DNA of 64,000 bases from Patellaria atrata CBS 101060 (GCA_010093705.1 MU006107.1:3392-67391), one strand, 5' to 3'. Shown: positions 37,032 to 50,565, numbered from the stretch's first letter. Translations and numbers: made by a program. Notes: a model not told the origin generated them from the letters alone.

Positions 37032-38174
37032 CTTGTGTGTGGGGTTGTGCTTGGAGTTTGTGGGTAAGAAGGGTGTAAGTGGGGGAATACTCTTGTTTAT
37101 ATATGTTGTTGGATATGGGATTAGGCCCGCAACCAAGAACCTTAGTTCTAGTTCTAGGTATTAGCGCGGCGATGGTGCTATAGTGCACAAGATTTTTATG
37201 TATACTAAGGCCGTAGAATGGGAGCGGAGAATCAAAGTTTCGTGATACTTTGGACTTCGTTCCTGTACCACAGTATTACTCTGTGATGCGGTTTGGGGTC
37301 GGACAGATGATAATTATTCCGAAATGCATTGGGCAAGAACATTTTGGTTTTATAGCCAATGAGACTTTACTATTTTTGACCAATTATACTGTTCCGTTTC
37401 CAGTTCTGCCTTAGCCCTTTAACAACACCAGTATCTTTTAAAAGACGTCGAATTCTATCTATAGAAGCTAAGCACATTATTTGACATGCATTGTACTCGT
37501 TATACCGTACTTCATGATATTCCATGCCTAGATATGAAACTCTATGTGGAGTGCCTTATCTCAGCACAAAGAAAGTTTCTCACAAGACACACAACGCATA
37601 TCTTGGGACGGACTCTCAAGATTCCCTTAACCTAATATCCAATATGATAAGAACAGATCGTTATCCTCCGAGATACCTTATGGTTAACTTACAGTTGATG
37701 GGTTTTGTAGTTCTAGTGCGTGACTCCTTTGGGTTTAGACACAAGTAGCCTTGAAGTGTCCGTATCCATAAAGCGTTCGACGTTGAGAAAATATCTCCTA
37801 AATCAGTCACCCGCATATTCCCATAAACAGATTCAACGCATTCATCCCACTTCTTCCTGCAATCACAGCCTTTGTACGGGTACCAAAGGAAAAGAGCGAT
37901 GCTGTTTCACTGATGCTAAGGAGAACGTGCACAATACTTCAGAACTACCTATACCCGCTCTGTGTAGTGAGCACCATCATTCAATACAATGTAACAATGT
38001 AACAATGTAAGAGGACTATCCCGTTGGGTAAATGTAGGTATACAATGTCCAAGGGAGGGTTATATATAGTGTTTCATCCCGTGGGTTTCAAACTAAACCA
38101 GCACACTCTATCTCCATCACGATTTGTTGAGACATTGCAGAGCATAAATCAATCTCAAAACGATAGCATTAAAA

Positions 38175-39161
38175 ATGACTCCCTCAAGCTTCATTAAGGA
38201 GTACAAGCCGTCTGACTTTCGAGTAAATTATGTTCAAATCAAAGAACTTGGAAAAGGCGGACAAGGCACAGCATACTTGTTCCGAAATCGATCCAATGGT
38301 AAAGAAATCGTCGGTAAGGTTATTACTGAACGTAGATTTCAATGCCTAGCTCATGAATTCAAGATTTTCAAGGCCATGAGTCCCAGTAATCGGATCATCG
38401 ATATCCTCGGTACGATCGAGCACTACCCGAACCACAACGAGACTCTGCTCTTGCTGGAGTACTGTGATGGTGGTGACCTACACAAGTGGAAGAAGATGAG
38501 CAGTAAGAACGTGCTTGAGAGTGAAATCAGGTTGATCTTCGAGCAACTCGCTGAAGCGATATTCTTCCTCCACCATAAGTGTCCAGAGACAATCATCCAC
38601 AATGATATCAAGCCGTTGAACATCCTCTTGAAGACCAACAAGAGCACAGGCAATATGGACGTCAAGCTCGCTGACTTCGGTATTTCCCATAAGTTCAAGA
38701 AGTATAGACCAGCGATTGAGGAGGAGAAGGCCGGTGGCACTCCAGGCTGGTTCGCACCAGAGTTCCCCCGTCAATCACCTGCGTCAGATGTTTTCGGCGT
38801 CGGCGCAATAATTTACTACCTTTGTACGGGCCAGCAAGCTGGAATTGACCATCCTGGTCAAAAGCCACCCTATCTCCTCGATATCTGCGACTTTAGGAGC
38901 AAACGGCTGCGCAATGCGATGGAGACCTGTTTAGAACCACGATATACTGAACGAATCAGCTCAACCAACCTTCATCGTACCTTGAATTGCAATGGTCCAC
39001 TTCCTAAATCATCTAGGAGCGGGAACCCTCCACCGTCCTCGATGCCGGCGCCCCCGGCGCCGGGGTTTAGTAACTTCAACCAGCCACGTGGGAGGGACTT
39101 CTCCGACCTCGATGACCGTATACGCCGTCTACGACAAGGAGATCCTGGAACCTTCTTTTAA
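38175..39161 (+). CDS. Intronless Ser/Thr protein kinase (lineage-specific-looking)
   Basis: GKGGQG, VGK, LEYCDGGDL, HNDIKPLN, DFG, GTPGWFAPE and SDVFGVG. TATA box at about 38061. Confidence 0.92.
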   Translation: MTPSSFIKEYKPSDFRVNYVQIKELGKGGQGTAYLFRNRSNGKEIVGKVITERRFQCLAHEFKIFKAMSPSNRIIDILGTIEHYPNHNETLLLLEYCDGGDLHKWKKMSSKNVLESEIRLIFEQLAEAIFFLHHKCPETIIHNDIKPLNILLKTNKSTGNMDVKLADFGISHKFKKYRPAIEEEKAGGTPGWFAPEFPRQSPASDVFGVGAIIYYLCTGQQAGIDHPGQKPPYLLDICDFRSKRLRNAMETCLEPRYTERISSTNLHRTLNCNGPLPKSSRSGNPPPSSMPAPPAPGFSNFNQPRGRDFSDLDDRIRRLRQGDPGTFF

Positions 39162-39477
39162 AAAGTGAATGGTGATAAATTTCGTTTGGAGGTCAAGATA
39201 TGATAATCGAGAAAGTAAGGTGAGGTAGCTTGAGTGACTTAAACTACATGTGAATTTACATAGCCCGGTTGAAAGTAAATAAAATGTGAAAGATGTATCT
39301 CCATTATTTTGAACTTTTAAAAATTTGGTGACTGCAATAATGATGATGACTTCGAGCGAATGTGAAGTGCTGTCATATAATGAGTAATGATAACTCACAT
39401 AAAAGACACTTCTACAAACCTTGGAGAAGATAATATAAACAAAAAAAATTTTTAAAAAAATAAAACCATTAAATTAA

Positions 39478-39642
39478 TTAGGCTTGTAGGCCTCCTTGAA
39501 CCCCTGGATGGGTTTTTGCTGGCGTTGCTCCATTGACCTGAGGTTTACCGATAAACCCGCCCGGAGGGAATCGAACCGACAACGTTTGGGGAGGGGAGAG
39601 GGATTGTAGTCAGACTGCCGACCGCTTTGCCATTATTAGTTA
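39478..39642 (-). ncRNA. Pol III-type element (A box + B box), SRP-RNA- or tRNA-derived pseudogene/SINE-like
   Basis: Minus strand: TAATGGCAAAGCGGTCGGCAGT (A box), GGTTCGATTCC (B box, 39577..39567), TAAACC-TCAGGTCAATGGAGCAACGCCAGC, then a T/A-rich tail. The T-stem does not pair, so it is not an intact tRNA. Confidence 0.55.
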
Positions 39643-39872
39643 TATTAAGAATCTCTCAAACCCAAATGTAAAGAAAGGGTGCGGGAGACTAGAAAGGGGA
39701 TATCACGTGTGGTGCTGGAGGTTGAGAATGATACACCTAATCCATTGGGAAGCGTGGAAGGAGCTTTATTTCTAGAATTCTTGATTACTGTGATATATTG
39801 TGTCCGATTTATCGTTGACTTAAGAATGTGATTGTGATAAGTAACCTATCATCCACGAGTTGTACAAGTAGC

Positions 39873-39893
39873 TTGACGCGTTATTGACGCGTT
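39873..39893. promoter_or_regulatory. Tandem MCB boxes (TTGACGCGTT x2)
   Basis: Direct repeat containing ACGCGT twice, about 470 bp upstream of the DDHD gene. Confidence 0.4.
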
Positions 39894-40363
39894 CGAGGCG
39901 GACTGACTAGTTCATCTCTTAATATAGCAGCAGGAGAGTATATCATAGACACTCATATTTTCCCAGGTAAAACATAGTGACAGATATGACATAAAATGTA
40001 AATGAGTTTGTCTTGTGATGTTCCTCGACGGGAGTCAAGGGTTGCGCTTATCGATAAGGACCTCTGACCTCTTACGTCGGTATTCTCTAGAGCTCCAACC
40101 TAACCAGCTTTTTTAATATCGTGATTCTCTCACCTCAAGTCGCTCCCTTCTACCTGATTTTAAGAAAACTGTACATTTGACTTCACTTTCACTTGCGATA
40201 ATAAACCCCTTACCGTCCGAATCTTTTCAAGTTGGCCCGCTTTTCTGAGATCGTACACTTCCTCCAGCGCAACGTTCCAAGTTCCCTCCAGAAAGAACTT
40301 CCTAAAGCCGCATCAGCCTGGTTGTTCAAGATACAAGCTGGCCGAGAACGGCCAGGCGCGACA

Positions 40364-43300
40364 ATGTCGACGCCAGACAAGCAGTCATATCTTTCCGCTG
40401 GCATTAATGCCATAACCCCCTGGGGATCAAGAAGCGCAACCCCGCAACCAGGACAGAAGAAGGATGGAGATGAGCGACCATCAAATCCACGGCTTGCATC
40501 GCAAAGAGGTGGAGATCACACAGTTAGTGGTAGACCTAGACTGAGCTTGAAGAATTATCCGAGAGACTGTCCACCACTGAACGTCCAGTGGTACCATGCA
40601 GTTGATGTGCGTTTTACCTCCATGGCGCCGTACTACTGATAAATGTGCTATGGCTGACTGGAACTGATGCGCAGATACCTAAACGCAAGCCGTTTCAGAC
40701 AAACCTGAAGACAGAAGCCCTCCCCCCTGCCCCTAAGAAATACGTTCCGTTTTCTATCAGAGACTCTCGCGCTATTGAAGCTGCATTCCAGAAGATTGCC
40801 GAAGACGAGGACACTGCTGAGACAAGACGTGCGCGTGGTGATAGTTCTGAAGATTCATCTGATAGTACGGGACGAGAGAACAGCGGGAAATCAAAGAGAA
40901 CCTTGAAAGTTCCTGTCAACGAGGACTTTTTATTTGACGTAGATGTGACAGAGAGGGAACTGTCACCGGCTTATTGGCAAGGACATGTGTATCATGTCCG
41001 CAGAGGCACTTGGTTCTACCATGGTATGCTCATATACATGACTTTGCGCGATATTATCTTTAACTATCGATTTAGAGGGCTCTACCCTTCGACCGTGCGA
41101 CGAAAACCTCGCAAATCAGTTAGAAGAGGGTTATTTGAAGACTAAGGCATGGACCGTTCCTTCATCTCAACATAAACGTTCTGCATCCCAACCTCGTTCG
41201 AGACCAACATCCGCCCTTTTTGGAAATGACACCAGTAGCGTTAGCAAGCTCGAGGCTTCAACTTCCGTAGACCCAAAGGGTTCATCTGAAAATCAACAAA
41301 AACCGAGTATAGCTCCGACTACTGGAAGTGAGCTCTCTAAGGGTAGTCAAATTGACACTTCTACGAAAACTCATCGCCTTTTCGGAGCACACATGAATTC
41401 CGTTGTCACGTATCAAGATGCCGCAACAGCATGGTTATTGACTGACGATTTTCTATCTCGAATGAGTAGCACAATGTATCAGCGATTCGCTGGTGGTGGC
41501 CACTTCGCCGGTGTAAAGTTGATGAGAGGTTACGTTGACTTTAGCAAGAAGACGGATGGTAAGGACGGCAAACGCCCTCCTACACCTACATCAGCTTCAA
41601 AGACAGAGATAGGCGGCGACAAGACTGATAAGTCTAAGAACCCTAATTCCATTAACCCGTCGGAAGCTACAACTTCAAATTCTCAGGAAGAAACCACAAG
41701 AGCAGGTTCTGCCAGTCCAGTTTCAGAGACCCCAAGACAGACGTTAGAAAGACACATGTCGTCGCTAGTGGCTTCGTCTTCACGGGAGGATCTAGAAAGG
41801 CAAGAAGAAGAGGTACGTCAACGTGATGAGCAAGAAATCCAGGAAGACTACAAAGACGATGACGGTGAGGATCAAGCACGCGATATCGAGCACCTACTTC
41901 TTGTCACACATGGCATTGGTCAGCGATTAGGCTTGAGGATGGACAGTGTTAACTTCATCCACGACGTCAACACCCTTCGCAAAACATTGAAAGGCGTGTA
42001 TACGGCGTCTGGGGACTTACAAGACTTGAACCAAGAAGTGGACAAGTTACCTAAGAACTCTCGGATTCAAGTACTGCCAATCTGTTGGAGACATCTCCTT
42101 GATTTTCCAAAGCAGAGTTTGAGACACAACCGCAAAGAGCATGATCTTGGAGACGCTGAAATTAATGACGAAGAATACCCTTCCCTAGAGAACATTACCG
42201 TTGAAGGTGTCCCTGCAGTAAGAAATCTAATCACCGATCTAGCGCTTGACGTCCTCCTCTACCAGAGCCCCGTATACAAAGCTCACATTTCCCAAGTCGT
42301 ACTGAAGGAGTGTAACCGCATTCACGACCTATTTAAGCAACGTAATCCATCCTTTAAAGGCAAGGTAAGTCTCGTTGGCCATTCCCTCGGGTCCGCAATC
42401 ATGTTCGACATTCTCTGCAAACAAAAGTCCGACCAATTCAATTCCCGAAACCGCCGCAACAGACGCTCAGGCGATCACTCCAAAGGCCATAGTCTCAAGC
42501 TCAACTTCGACGTCGAAGATTTCTACGCCCTCGGTTCCCCGATCGGCCTCTTCCAGATGCTCAAAGGCCGTACCATCGCCGCACGTCCTTCCTCCGGAGG
42601 TAGTGGCTCCATTCCCGAAACCCCAGACGATCCTTTCGATAATCCCTTCAACGATCCTGACAATCAGACCTCGCCGGATAACTTCGAGATCACGGTCTCG
42701 TCGCCCAAGTGCGCACAGATCTTCAACATTTTCCACCCCACCGATCCCATCAGCTACCGTCTCGAACCTCTCATCTCGCCCGCCATGTCGGCCCTAAAAC
42801 CTCAACCACTACCCTACACCAAGAAAGGCATCTTCGGGGCGCCCGTCGGCGCCGGTCTCACGGGCATCGGCGCCAGGGTCGGCCAGAGCGTCTCCGGCCT
42901 CTGGACCAGCTTCAGCTCCGGCATCGCGAGCAGTCTCCTCAACCGCAGCCTCGGCATCTCTGCCGAGGACGCATCTAAACTGGGCAATACAGCTCGGGCT
43001 CCGCTCTCGGGTGCCGGCGTCCCGTCGGCTCTACCGATGCAGAACGAGATGGCGATTGTGAACGGAGAGGGGAAAGAGGGGGAACAGCATCCGCCCACTT
43101 TGATTGACAACGGCCTCGAGACTCTGTACGCGGGGTTCCAGAAGCGCAGGCTCAGCGCCACGAGCGACGGGATGGAGCAGGGGATCGGCGACGCGGGGAT
43201 GGGTGGGCAAGAAGCGGAGGAGAAAGCGAGGAGGTTACGACGGGAGGAGGAGAAGGTGCGTCGCCTCAATGGGAACGGCCGCGTGGATTACAGCATCCAG

Positions 43301-43559
43301 GAGTGAGTTTCCCCTTTCCTTTTCCCCGAAACTGATGTTATATGGATGTAGACATGGCTTGTGGAGTACTAGTAGGCGACTAATGAGCGTGTGCGGCAGG
43401 GGCGCTTTCGACATCTCCCTCATCGCTAGCATTGCCAGTCACCTCTCTTACTGGGCTGACGAGGACGTCGCCCATTTTATGATTTCGCAGCTTTTGGCTA
43501 GGCAGAGGGTTGTTAGAAAGGGGAGTAGGGAGAGTTTTAAGGGCGTTGGTGCCGCTTAG
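40364..43559 (+). CDS. DDHD-domain phospholipase A1 (3 introns)
   Basis: VPVNEDFLFDVD, VRRGTWF, LLVTHGIGQ, lipase GHSLG, NIFHPTDPISYRLEP, GRVDYSIQE|GAFDISLIASIASHLSYWADED. Confidence 0.93.
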
Positions 43560-44726
43560 CGGTGGGTGTCTGCATACATTGGGGTTCTCAGGAGGCCGGA
43601 TTGAGATAGTTGGGATTGGACCGGGCGTATTGGGTCTTTGGGGAAGCGTTTATGAGGTATGGTATGTTTGTAGATGGTAGATTAGGACGACCTTAGATTC
43701 TCCAATGCCCAAGCTGATGAGTGATGAATCTTTTGTTCACAGTATTGAGATGAGGCCGAGTGTTGAGAGTGAGATCCTTTATGGCTGATTCCCACTTGAT
43801 TATCCTTCGCCTTCTTTACTCCGTACCTCTTGTGTATATTTGATAGTACTCAGAGAGCCGAACTTAACTTAGAAAACGCACGAGCCACCCTTTCCAAATC
43901 AGGTAGTCACGGCGACACCTCACTCTTCCCGTCACCTTCACACCGCAAGGTTTCTTAACATCCGCACCTTGCACGGATGATGGTCTGCTGACACCCCCTT
44001 CATAGATCGCACGTTATCAATCACAACTTGGACACTCGGGGCTGCAAGTGAATCACGCACACTAACCAGATCCAGTTTAAGATATGGCAAAAGTGACAAT
44101 ATCACTCTGGTATCGAATTCATGAAGAGTACTAAGGTAGTGAACCAGTCTACCCAAGTCATCCATCCACTCAACGCCCCGTCCAAAATAGACCAATAAAA
44201 CCAACCCTCTCAGACGTGAAAATCCGATAGGTCCAGAGTCCTCCAATGTCCAGCTTCAGTCACGGAAATAAAAACCTGCTTCTAGAGAACCCCAAAAAAG
44301 AGAAAGCCACATCCACCATAACGCCAGAAAAAGAAGACCCACAGACCCACACGGCCCAAGAATATGGCCATTCGCGCAGACATAGCCGCGCCGTCCAATA
44401 GCGCCTTCTACCAACGGCGGCAAGGACGCCAGATTTAGAGTGTCTGCCAACCGTCGGGACGACCCGTGCGCCAAACAACAAAAGCAGCGTGAAGATCTGG
44501 TCGGAAGACCCGATACCATGGTACCTTGGCGGGGAACGGGTGTTTGTGGGGGAAAGCCGTGGGGGGGCGAAAGGGGTTTAATACAACGACAAGTGTCGGA
44601 AGAAAAGTTCAAACGGCTGTAGAATGGAATGAAATATGTACAGAGAATGAAAATTGTTGTAGGAGTGGCTTTTTGAGGTGCAGGAAATGGAAAATCTAAG
44701 GCTTTGTGGTTTTGGCAGACCAAAAT

Positions 44727-45400
44727 TTAGAAGTCGTCCGCAGGAACCGGATATTGCTGCGAGGCAGTCTTGTAGTGTTCTGGGTATTTGCGTGCTGCTC
44801 GCTGGTTAAGAGCACTGGTACACCGAGTTAGAGGTGAGGATAAACTGAGTACAGTGTTTGACCTACGTCACGCGCTTTTGAGTCCATTGCAAATCTTGCT
44901 GAACTTCTTTGGCCGCCTTCATGCCATCAGCAAAATTCGCTCTGGTTGCAGTGAGGCGAGCTTTGGCTAGGGCTTGCAGTTCCATCAGCTGTCGCGTCTT
45001 CGCGTTAAGCTGGCCGGATCTGATTCCCACCAATCAGCGCTACTTTACAGCAAGAAGGATATCTGAAATGGAAGTAAACTCACGTCTGGGCTTGCTTCGC
45101 GAGACTGCGGTCCAGCGGTAGCGGGTCAAACGCGCCACTTAGGCGGTCGCCCATGTAATCAAGTAGGTCAACACCCGCAGATGTTTGCGAACTTTCATAG
45201 TCACTCGCGCTGCCAGCATAGCTGCTTGACGCTGCGGAAGGCTCGTAGGATGCAACACCAGAAGTGGTACCGCTGTGGGGAGCTTCAGGTGGTGAAACAG
45301 ACATACGGCTGTAAGCAGCGTTCTGTGGTGGCGTATAGTAACCTCCTTTAGTAGGTACGTTGACAGGAGCACTTGGGAAAGAGTAGTATGAGGAAGACAT
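44727..45400 (-). CDS. KXD1: BLOC-1/BORC subunit KXD1 (KxDL domain), 2 introns
   Basis: Spliced FDPLPLDRSLAKQAQT|SGQLNAKTRQLMELQALAKARL...KEVQQDLQWTQKRVT|ALNQRAARKYPEHY. Confidence 0.85.
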
Positions 45401-47524
45401 GTTTAGGTGATACAGCAGGTTGAGTCAGGTAAGACGTGGATATAGACAATGTTTGGTTGTGATATAAAGCTGTCGACGTGTGATAGCTGTAAGGTGTCTG
45501 ATGATAGATATATGAATGCTTGGCTAAGTATACTGAGACTTTGCAATCTTAGAGAAAAAAGAGAATCAGAAAAGATTCGACTGAATTCCAAAATTCAACC
45601 GCCTTTTATACCTTCACTTAAGAGACTAAAACACCACACTCTTCACGTTAGGGTGGAATGGTCTGAACTCCTTTACATTTCTATCAATCATTGACCCCGC
45701 TCATGCCGTGATAAAGATGCATGATATTTGGTCCACTGAGACAGGATGAGGGCTCGAATGGCTCATCATCCTTTCATCTTACGAGTCTCGAAGGTTCCTC
45801 AAGGCCACTAGAGCGTGAAAGATTCAGAGGCCCCGGTATAGATTGGCTTACCGGAAGAAGATCCATTGGAGAGTGGCAAAATGCTAAAACTTAGATACAG
45901 TTTTTGATATCAGGTCCGTGAGCCGGGGAAGCAAGATTGGCGGACGATTGATGAGGGGTTAATTCAAGGAAAGCCATTTGCTCGGGCCGTTGTTGGTGAC
46001 ACTCTGGGAGGAAGGGCAATAGCAGAGGTAGCAATTGCAGGCAAGCGCGCAAACGCGAGCATGGAGGCAAAAGCAGCGATGTAGATTGCTGTAGGTACAT
46101 GGGTAAGGCCTGATGTACGGGCTAAAGAAGCATGCTCTGCTGTCAAAGTTGATGTGTTGTCAATCGACGCTCGTCTGGCGAGCCACTGCTTTTCTCCGAC
46201 ACTTCATTTGCAATTCTGTCAGCGCTCGAAAGGGAAAGTGGAAGAGCAGGAGACAACGCCATTGAACGATGTAATGCTGCAGGTGGATGAGGGCTTCTGT
46301 TGGCCAAGATGTCAGTGATAGAGCGGCTTCGCAGGAAGTATCAATTCTTTGTTCAATTTGTGGGGGAACACTTGGTACTTGGTGGTGGTGATGATGGTGG
46401 GGTGTCTGAAGGGAAGAAATTTTGGACGGTAGCGAGAAGGACGACGTAAAGGACGGATTATCGTCGTTCGGACCTTTCCAAGACGCTTGTACGTTTCTGT
46501 ATAAGCACTATAACCATACATTGAAGCTACAGTATATTCTTCCAGTCATCTTGAACAATCGGAACTTCAGAAGACCGGCCTAAATCTATACAGTACCTAT
46601 ACATCCTTCTGGACAGGGCAGCAATGCTGAATGGTCAAACACGCGAATAACAAATGGAACAATGACCATTGGACCGGCAGATATATCAGTCTAGGATCTA
46701 GGGTAACAGGTGGAAGTCGTTGCAGGTCAAGTTGTAAGATACTGACAGCAAGTATGGATGATATTGGTATTGAAGCACATCTCAGTCAGATAAGTACTCG
46801 TGCCTTCAATCATGACGCAGTTATACCCAAACCGTACTACAGATCCCTTGCATTACCTCGCTACTCACGCTATCAGAGATTTTCGGTTTGCATTTCTCGT
46901 GCGCTTCTTTGTCGTATACGACGGTTGGACTGGCGGTGAGTTCTCTGACCCAGCCTGGTAGACGTACGGTAGTGTTTAACGCTTCATGTGATCCATCGGA
47001 GCATGTGGGTTGCGCATCGCCTAGTCGTAGGTACCCTATCATGCTTTTCCCCATTCTCAGGCCAGTGAACCCCCTAAGGCTGCGCAAGACTGTGCCTATC
47101 CGTTCCGAACCCACATTGACTTCACCAGGAAATAGAAAGAATGGCCCGATGCTCGCAATCCTGAGAGCGATCATTGATGATCTACGGCTTTGCCCGCTAT
47201 CTCTTGTAGAGTGCTGGAAGAAGACCATACGGGCCAGGGAGAATACACTGCGGCGTAAAATCACGTTTGGCTCGATGCCACTCTGTACACCACCGTTGAA
47301 ATCGTGCCTAAGGGGTTCATTTCGGGCGTCTGTTGTACCACCCAGCTCACAACTGTCAAGCCTCCACGCGAGCTTAACATGGAGACTTGAGACCGCTTCG
47401 TTACACGATAGAATGTCATTAAACATGCGACTAAGGCGCTTTTCACTACCTTATTGTCCAACAGTAACGCCATGCCCTGTATCGTTGCTTCTATGAATGA
47501 CCCATTAGTCTAGAATGCCCGACT

Positions 47525-50153
47525 CTATATGTAACCCCTGGCTGCAATTGCTGAAGACATCACTCTCGCGAAACGTCCTACCATGTCCTGGTCCTGTTTC
47601 GCTGTTTCAATTCCAGTAAGGATCTTCTTGATACCAACTCCGATATCTGCGCCACCCGTGATATCTTGAATCTCACTGATTGCTCGATGTTGGTCTTCAT
47701 CAGAGAAAGCTCCCGATTGCTGCATCACTCGCGCGAGCTCATTTTGTGTATTGACGTTCGGTACGGATATCTCGGCGTCAAATCGATTGAATATATCTAG
47801 TTGTTGCAATACAGATCTTTCTGTCGTTGTTGCGAAAATGATAAGTCGTCGGTTCTAAAATCCTAATGAGCCAATGTCACACAAAATAACATCGGAAACT
47901 TTTTACCTTTGGTGGCTGCTTTCCTAGTAGAACCTTCAACGCGACAAGTACCTGGTTGCTAAACCGTGGTCCTATCGGCACCCAGTCGACTAGAAGCTCT
48001 ATGTTGTCGATGACTATGACGCTCAGGGGACTCTTATACGCGTCCCTGAATGTCTTGTCCAACTGTATCACTTTCTGCATTTCAGAGAAGCCAACCATAT
48101 CCTCGGGACTGACCAGCTTAATGAAAGGAAACTCCGAGTCCATGGCCATTTTGGCTGCCAGGGCCGACTTGCCACTTCCTGGAGGACCATGTAATACGAC
48201 AGAGAGCAAAGGCGTAGAATCCGGCTTGCGGACCTGATTAATATACAATCCACCTTCATCCAGGATATTCTCAATGTGGTTCGAGAAATGGAAGATACCC
48301 CATCGGATGCATTTCCCTAGCTCCTCTTCTGCTACGCCAAACAATGGTTTGACTTCGTCAAGAGCGTTCATGAAGTCCTGACGCTGAACTTTCATGTTCA
48401 CAACATCATCGCTAATGCCTGCCATGGTGCCAACCTTGATATGCCTACTAAAAGCAAATGACGACGCAGCTTTGACGAGACCGTTGATTTCAGCACCGGA
48501 AAAGTTCTTAGTCAAACGTGCCAGTTCTTCCAAATTGACGTCCGAACCCATCACTTTGTTATCTCTCATTTTGGAAGTATGGATTTTTAAGATTTGTGCT
48601 CGACCGTGTTCATCGGGTAGTGAAATCTCCATGTGAACTTCTAATCGTCCAGCACGAAGAAGAGCCTCGTCGATCATGTCCATACGATTTGTCATACCAA
48701 TTAGCAGGATGTTGTTTAGTTGGTCCACTCCGTCTAGTTTTGAAAGCAGCTGATTGACAACACTGTCTCCAACACCAGTCCCACCACCGGCACCTGAACC
48801 TCTTTGCTTGCAGACGGCATCCAATTCATCGAAGATAATGATGTGAAGACCACTCTCATCACCTTTTTCTCTGTATTCCTTCTCCGCATCCGCAAATAGT
48901 TTACGAATATTCTCTTCGGACTGTCCGACATACTTATTGAGGACCTCTGGACCATTGATAACTTTTGGTTCTCGAGCGTTCAACATTTTACCGATCTGAC
49001 GTGCTATAAGGGTTTTTCCCGTACCGGGTGGTCCGTAAAGTAGGATACCACGAACGTGCTGAATGCCTAACTTTTCAACAAGGCCAGGAGGAAATATACG
49101 GGAAGCAAACGCTCTCCTGAAAATAGCACTAAATTCAGTATCAAGACCACCGATGCCCATATCCTCGAATTTGAAATCCGGCGTCACAATTGAATTCGCC
49201 GCTGGTCGTCTATTGGAAGCCTTTAATCTGATATCAGTCCTCGCATCTTTGAAAAAGTCTATTTTGGTATGTTGCATTAGTATCCCTCGCGCGCTCGGGT
49301 CTGATACTGTGGGGCCACTTGATCCCTTTTCCATTGAAAGATCACCAAGTGAAGCAGTTCTTATGACCATTCTAAGGGGGATGTTTTTGATGTCCATGAG
49401 GAGCCGTTGCCCAGGAGCGAGGATCTGGTTCTCGTAGTTCTATCAACAAGTTAGTAACTTTTTAAACAAAAATGGATATTTTTAGTACCTTAATGAATTG
49501 GTTTGCAAGCTCGTCTTGGTCATACGGTACCTCCGTTATCTTCTGAACGGATGCGAAGCCTACTTCTACGTCTAGAGCAGCCAGATATTGTTGGGCCCCC
49601 CGTCGAAAATGATCGTATGGTTCAACATTGACCACATCCTTAGGTCCCAATGTTATGCCTGCCCAAGTCCTTTGCGGATCTGTGAAACCAATTTCACCCG
49701 GCAAACATCCATCGGTAGGGCGTGCGGAGAAGACATAACTATTGTTTACGATGATATACAAATCTGTCCCATCGCTGGAAGCGGGGAAGTCTCTTGGACA
49801 GATGGCAACTCTAGCACGATCATCAGTAATAGATCTTGAACTTTTACTCGCATCTCAATAGCATACATGTTGCCAAATGCATACGCATTTCCTCCTGGGC
49901 TTCTAACAGGTCTAAGCTGTAGAGGTCCCCCTTGTGGTTCTCTTCTCATCGGAACGCGCTGAGGAGGCTGGTAGTCTCTATCACCTCCGTGAGGTTGCCC
50001 ATTCTCGTATCCCCCACTCATTCGAGAGCCATAGTTCCCTTGTTGCGGCGGAGGTTGCTGACTTGGACGGTCGTAACCGCCTCGGTGGGACTGTCTTGCG
50101 GACGCATCAGGGCGAGAGCCGAAGGGATTCGGGAGATTATTACGGTTAAACAT
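47525..50153 (-). CDS. SEC18: Vesicular-fusion ATPase NSF (introns 49811..49866, 49440..49488, 47855..47906)
   Basis: GIGGLDTEFSAIFRRAFASR, GPPGTGKT, IIFDELDA, a second GPPGSGKS and PIGPRFSN. Confidence 0.98.
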
Positions 50154-50565
50154 GATAGCTACTGGTGTTCGTCAAGCTCCTATGCGGTGAAGATATTTAC
50201 AGAGCCTTTGACGCCACGTACCGGCAGCTTGAATGCAACAAGAACTAGTGTTTAGAGGGCTATACAGCCTTTAGGATTCATGAAAAGGCTTGTTTAGTCT
50301 TGATAAACAAAATAGATTTCAACTTGCACAGTATTCTGGTGAAAGGTTCCAGGGAAATAGCGTATGGGTCAAATAATGGTTCTGCCTGTAGGTGTATCAC
50401 CACTCATCAGCTGTTTCAGCGGGACAAAGCTCAGGTAAAACTATATGAGCACGGGCCACTAGAGTGTGCGCCATTATGGTTGAGTCAACCTAAGGAGGGG
50501 ACTCTACAGAAATACTGCTTTTGGTAATTTTTTTTATTTCTTAAATACTTATTTTTAACTATACG

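Noticed and set aside
39555..39640. Functional tRNA gene
   Set aside because: The T-stem (GTCGG/CCCTC) and acceptor stem do not pair.
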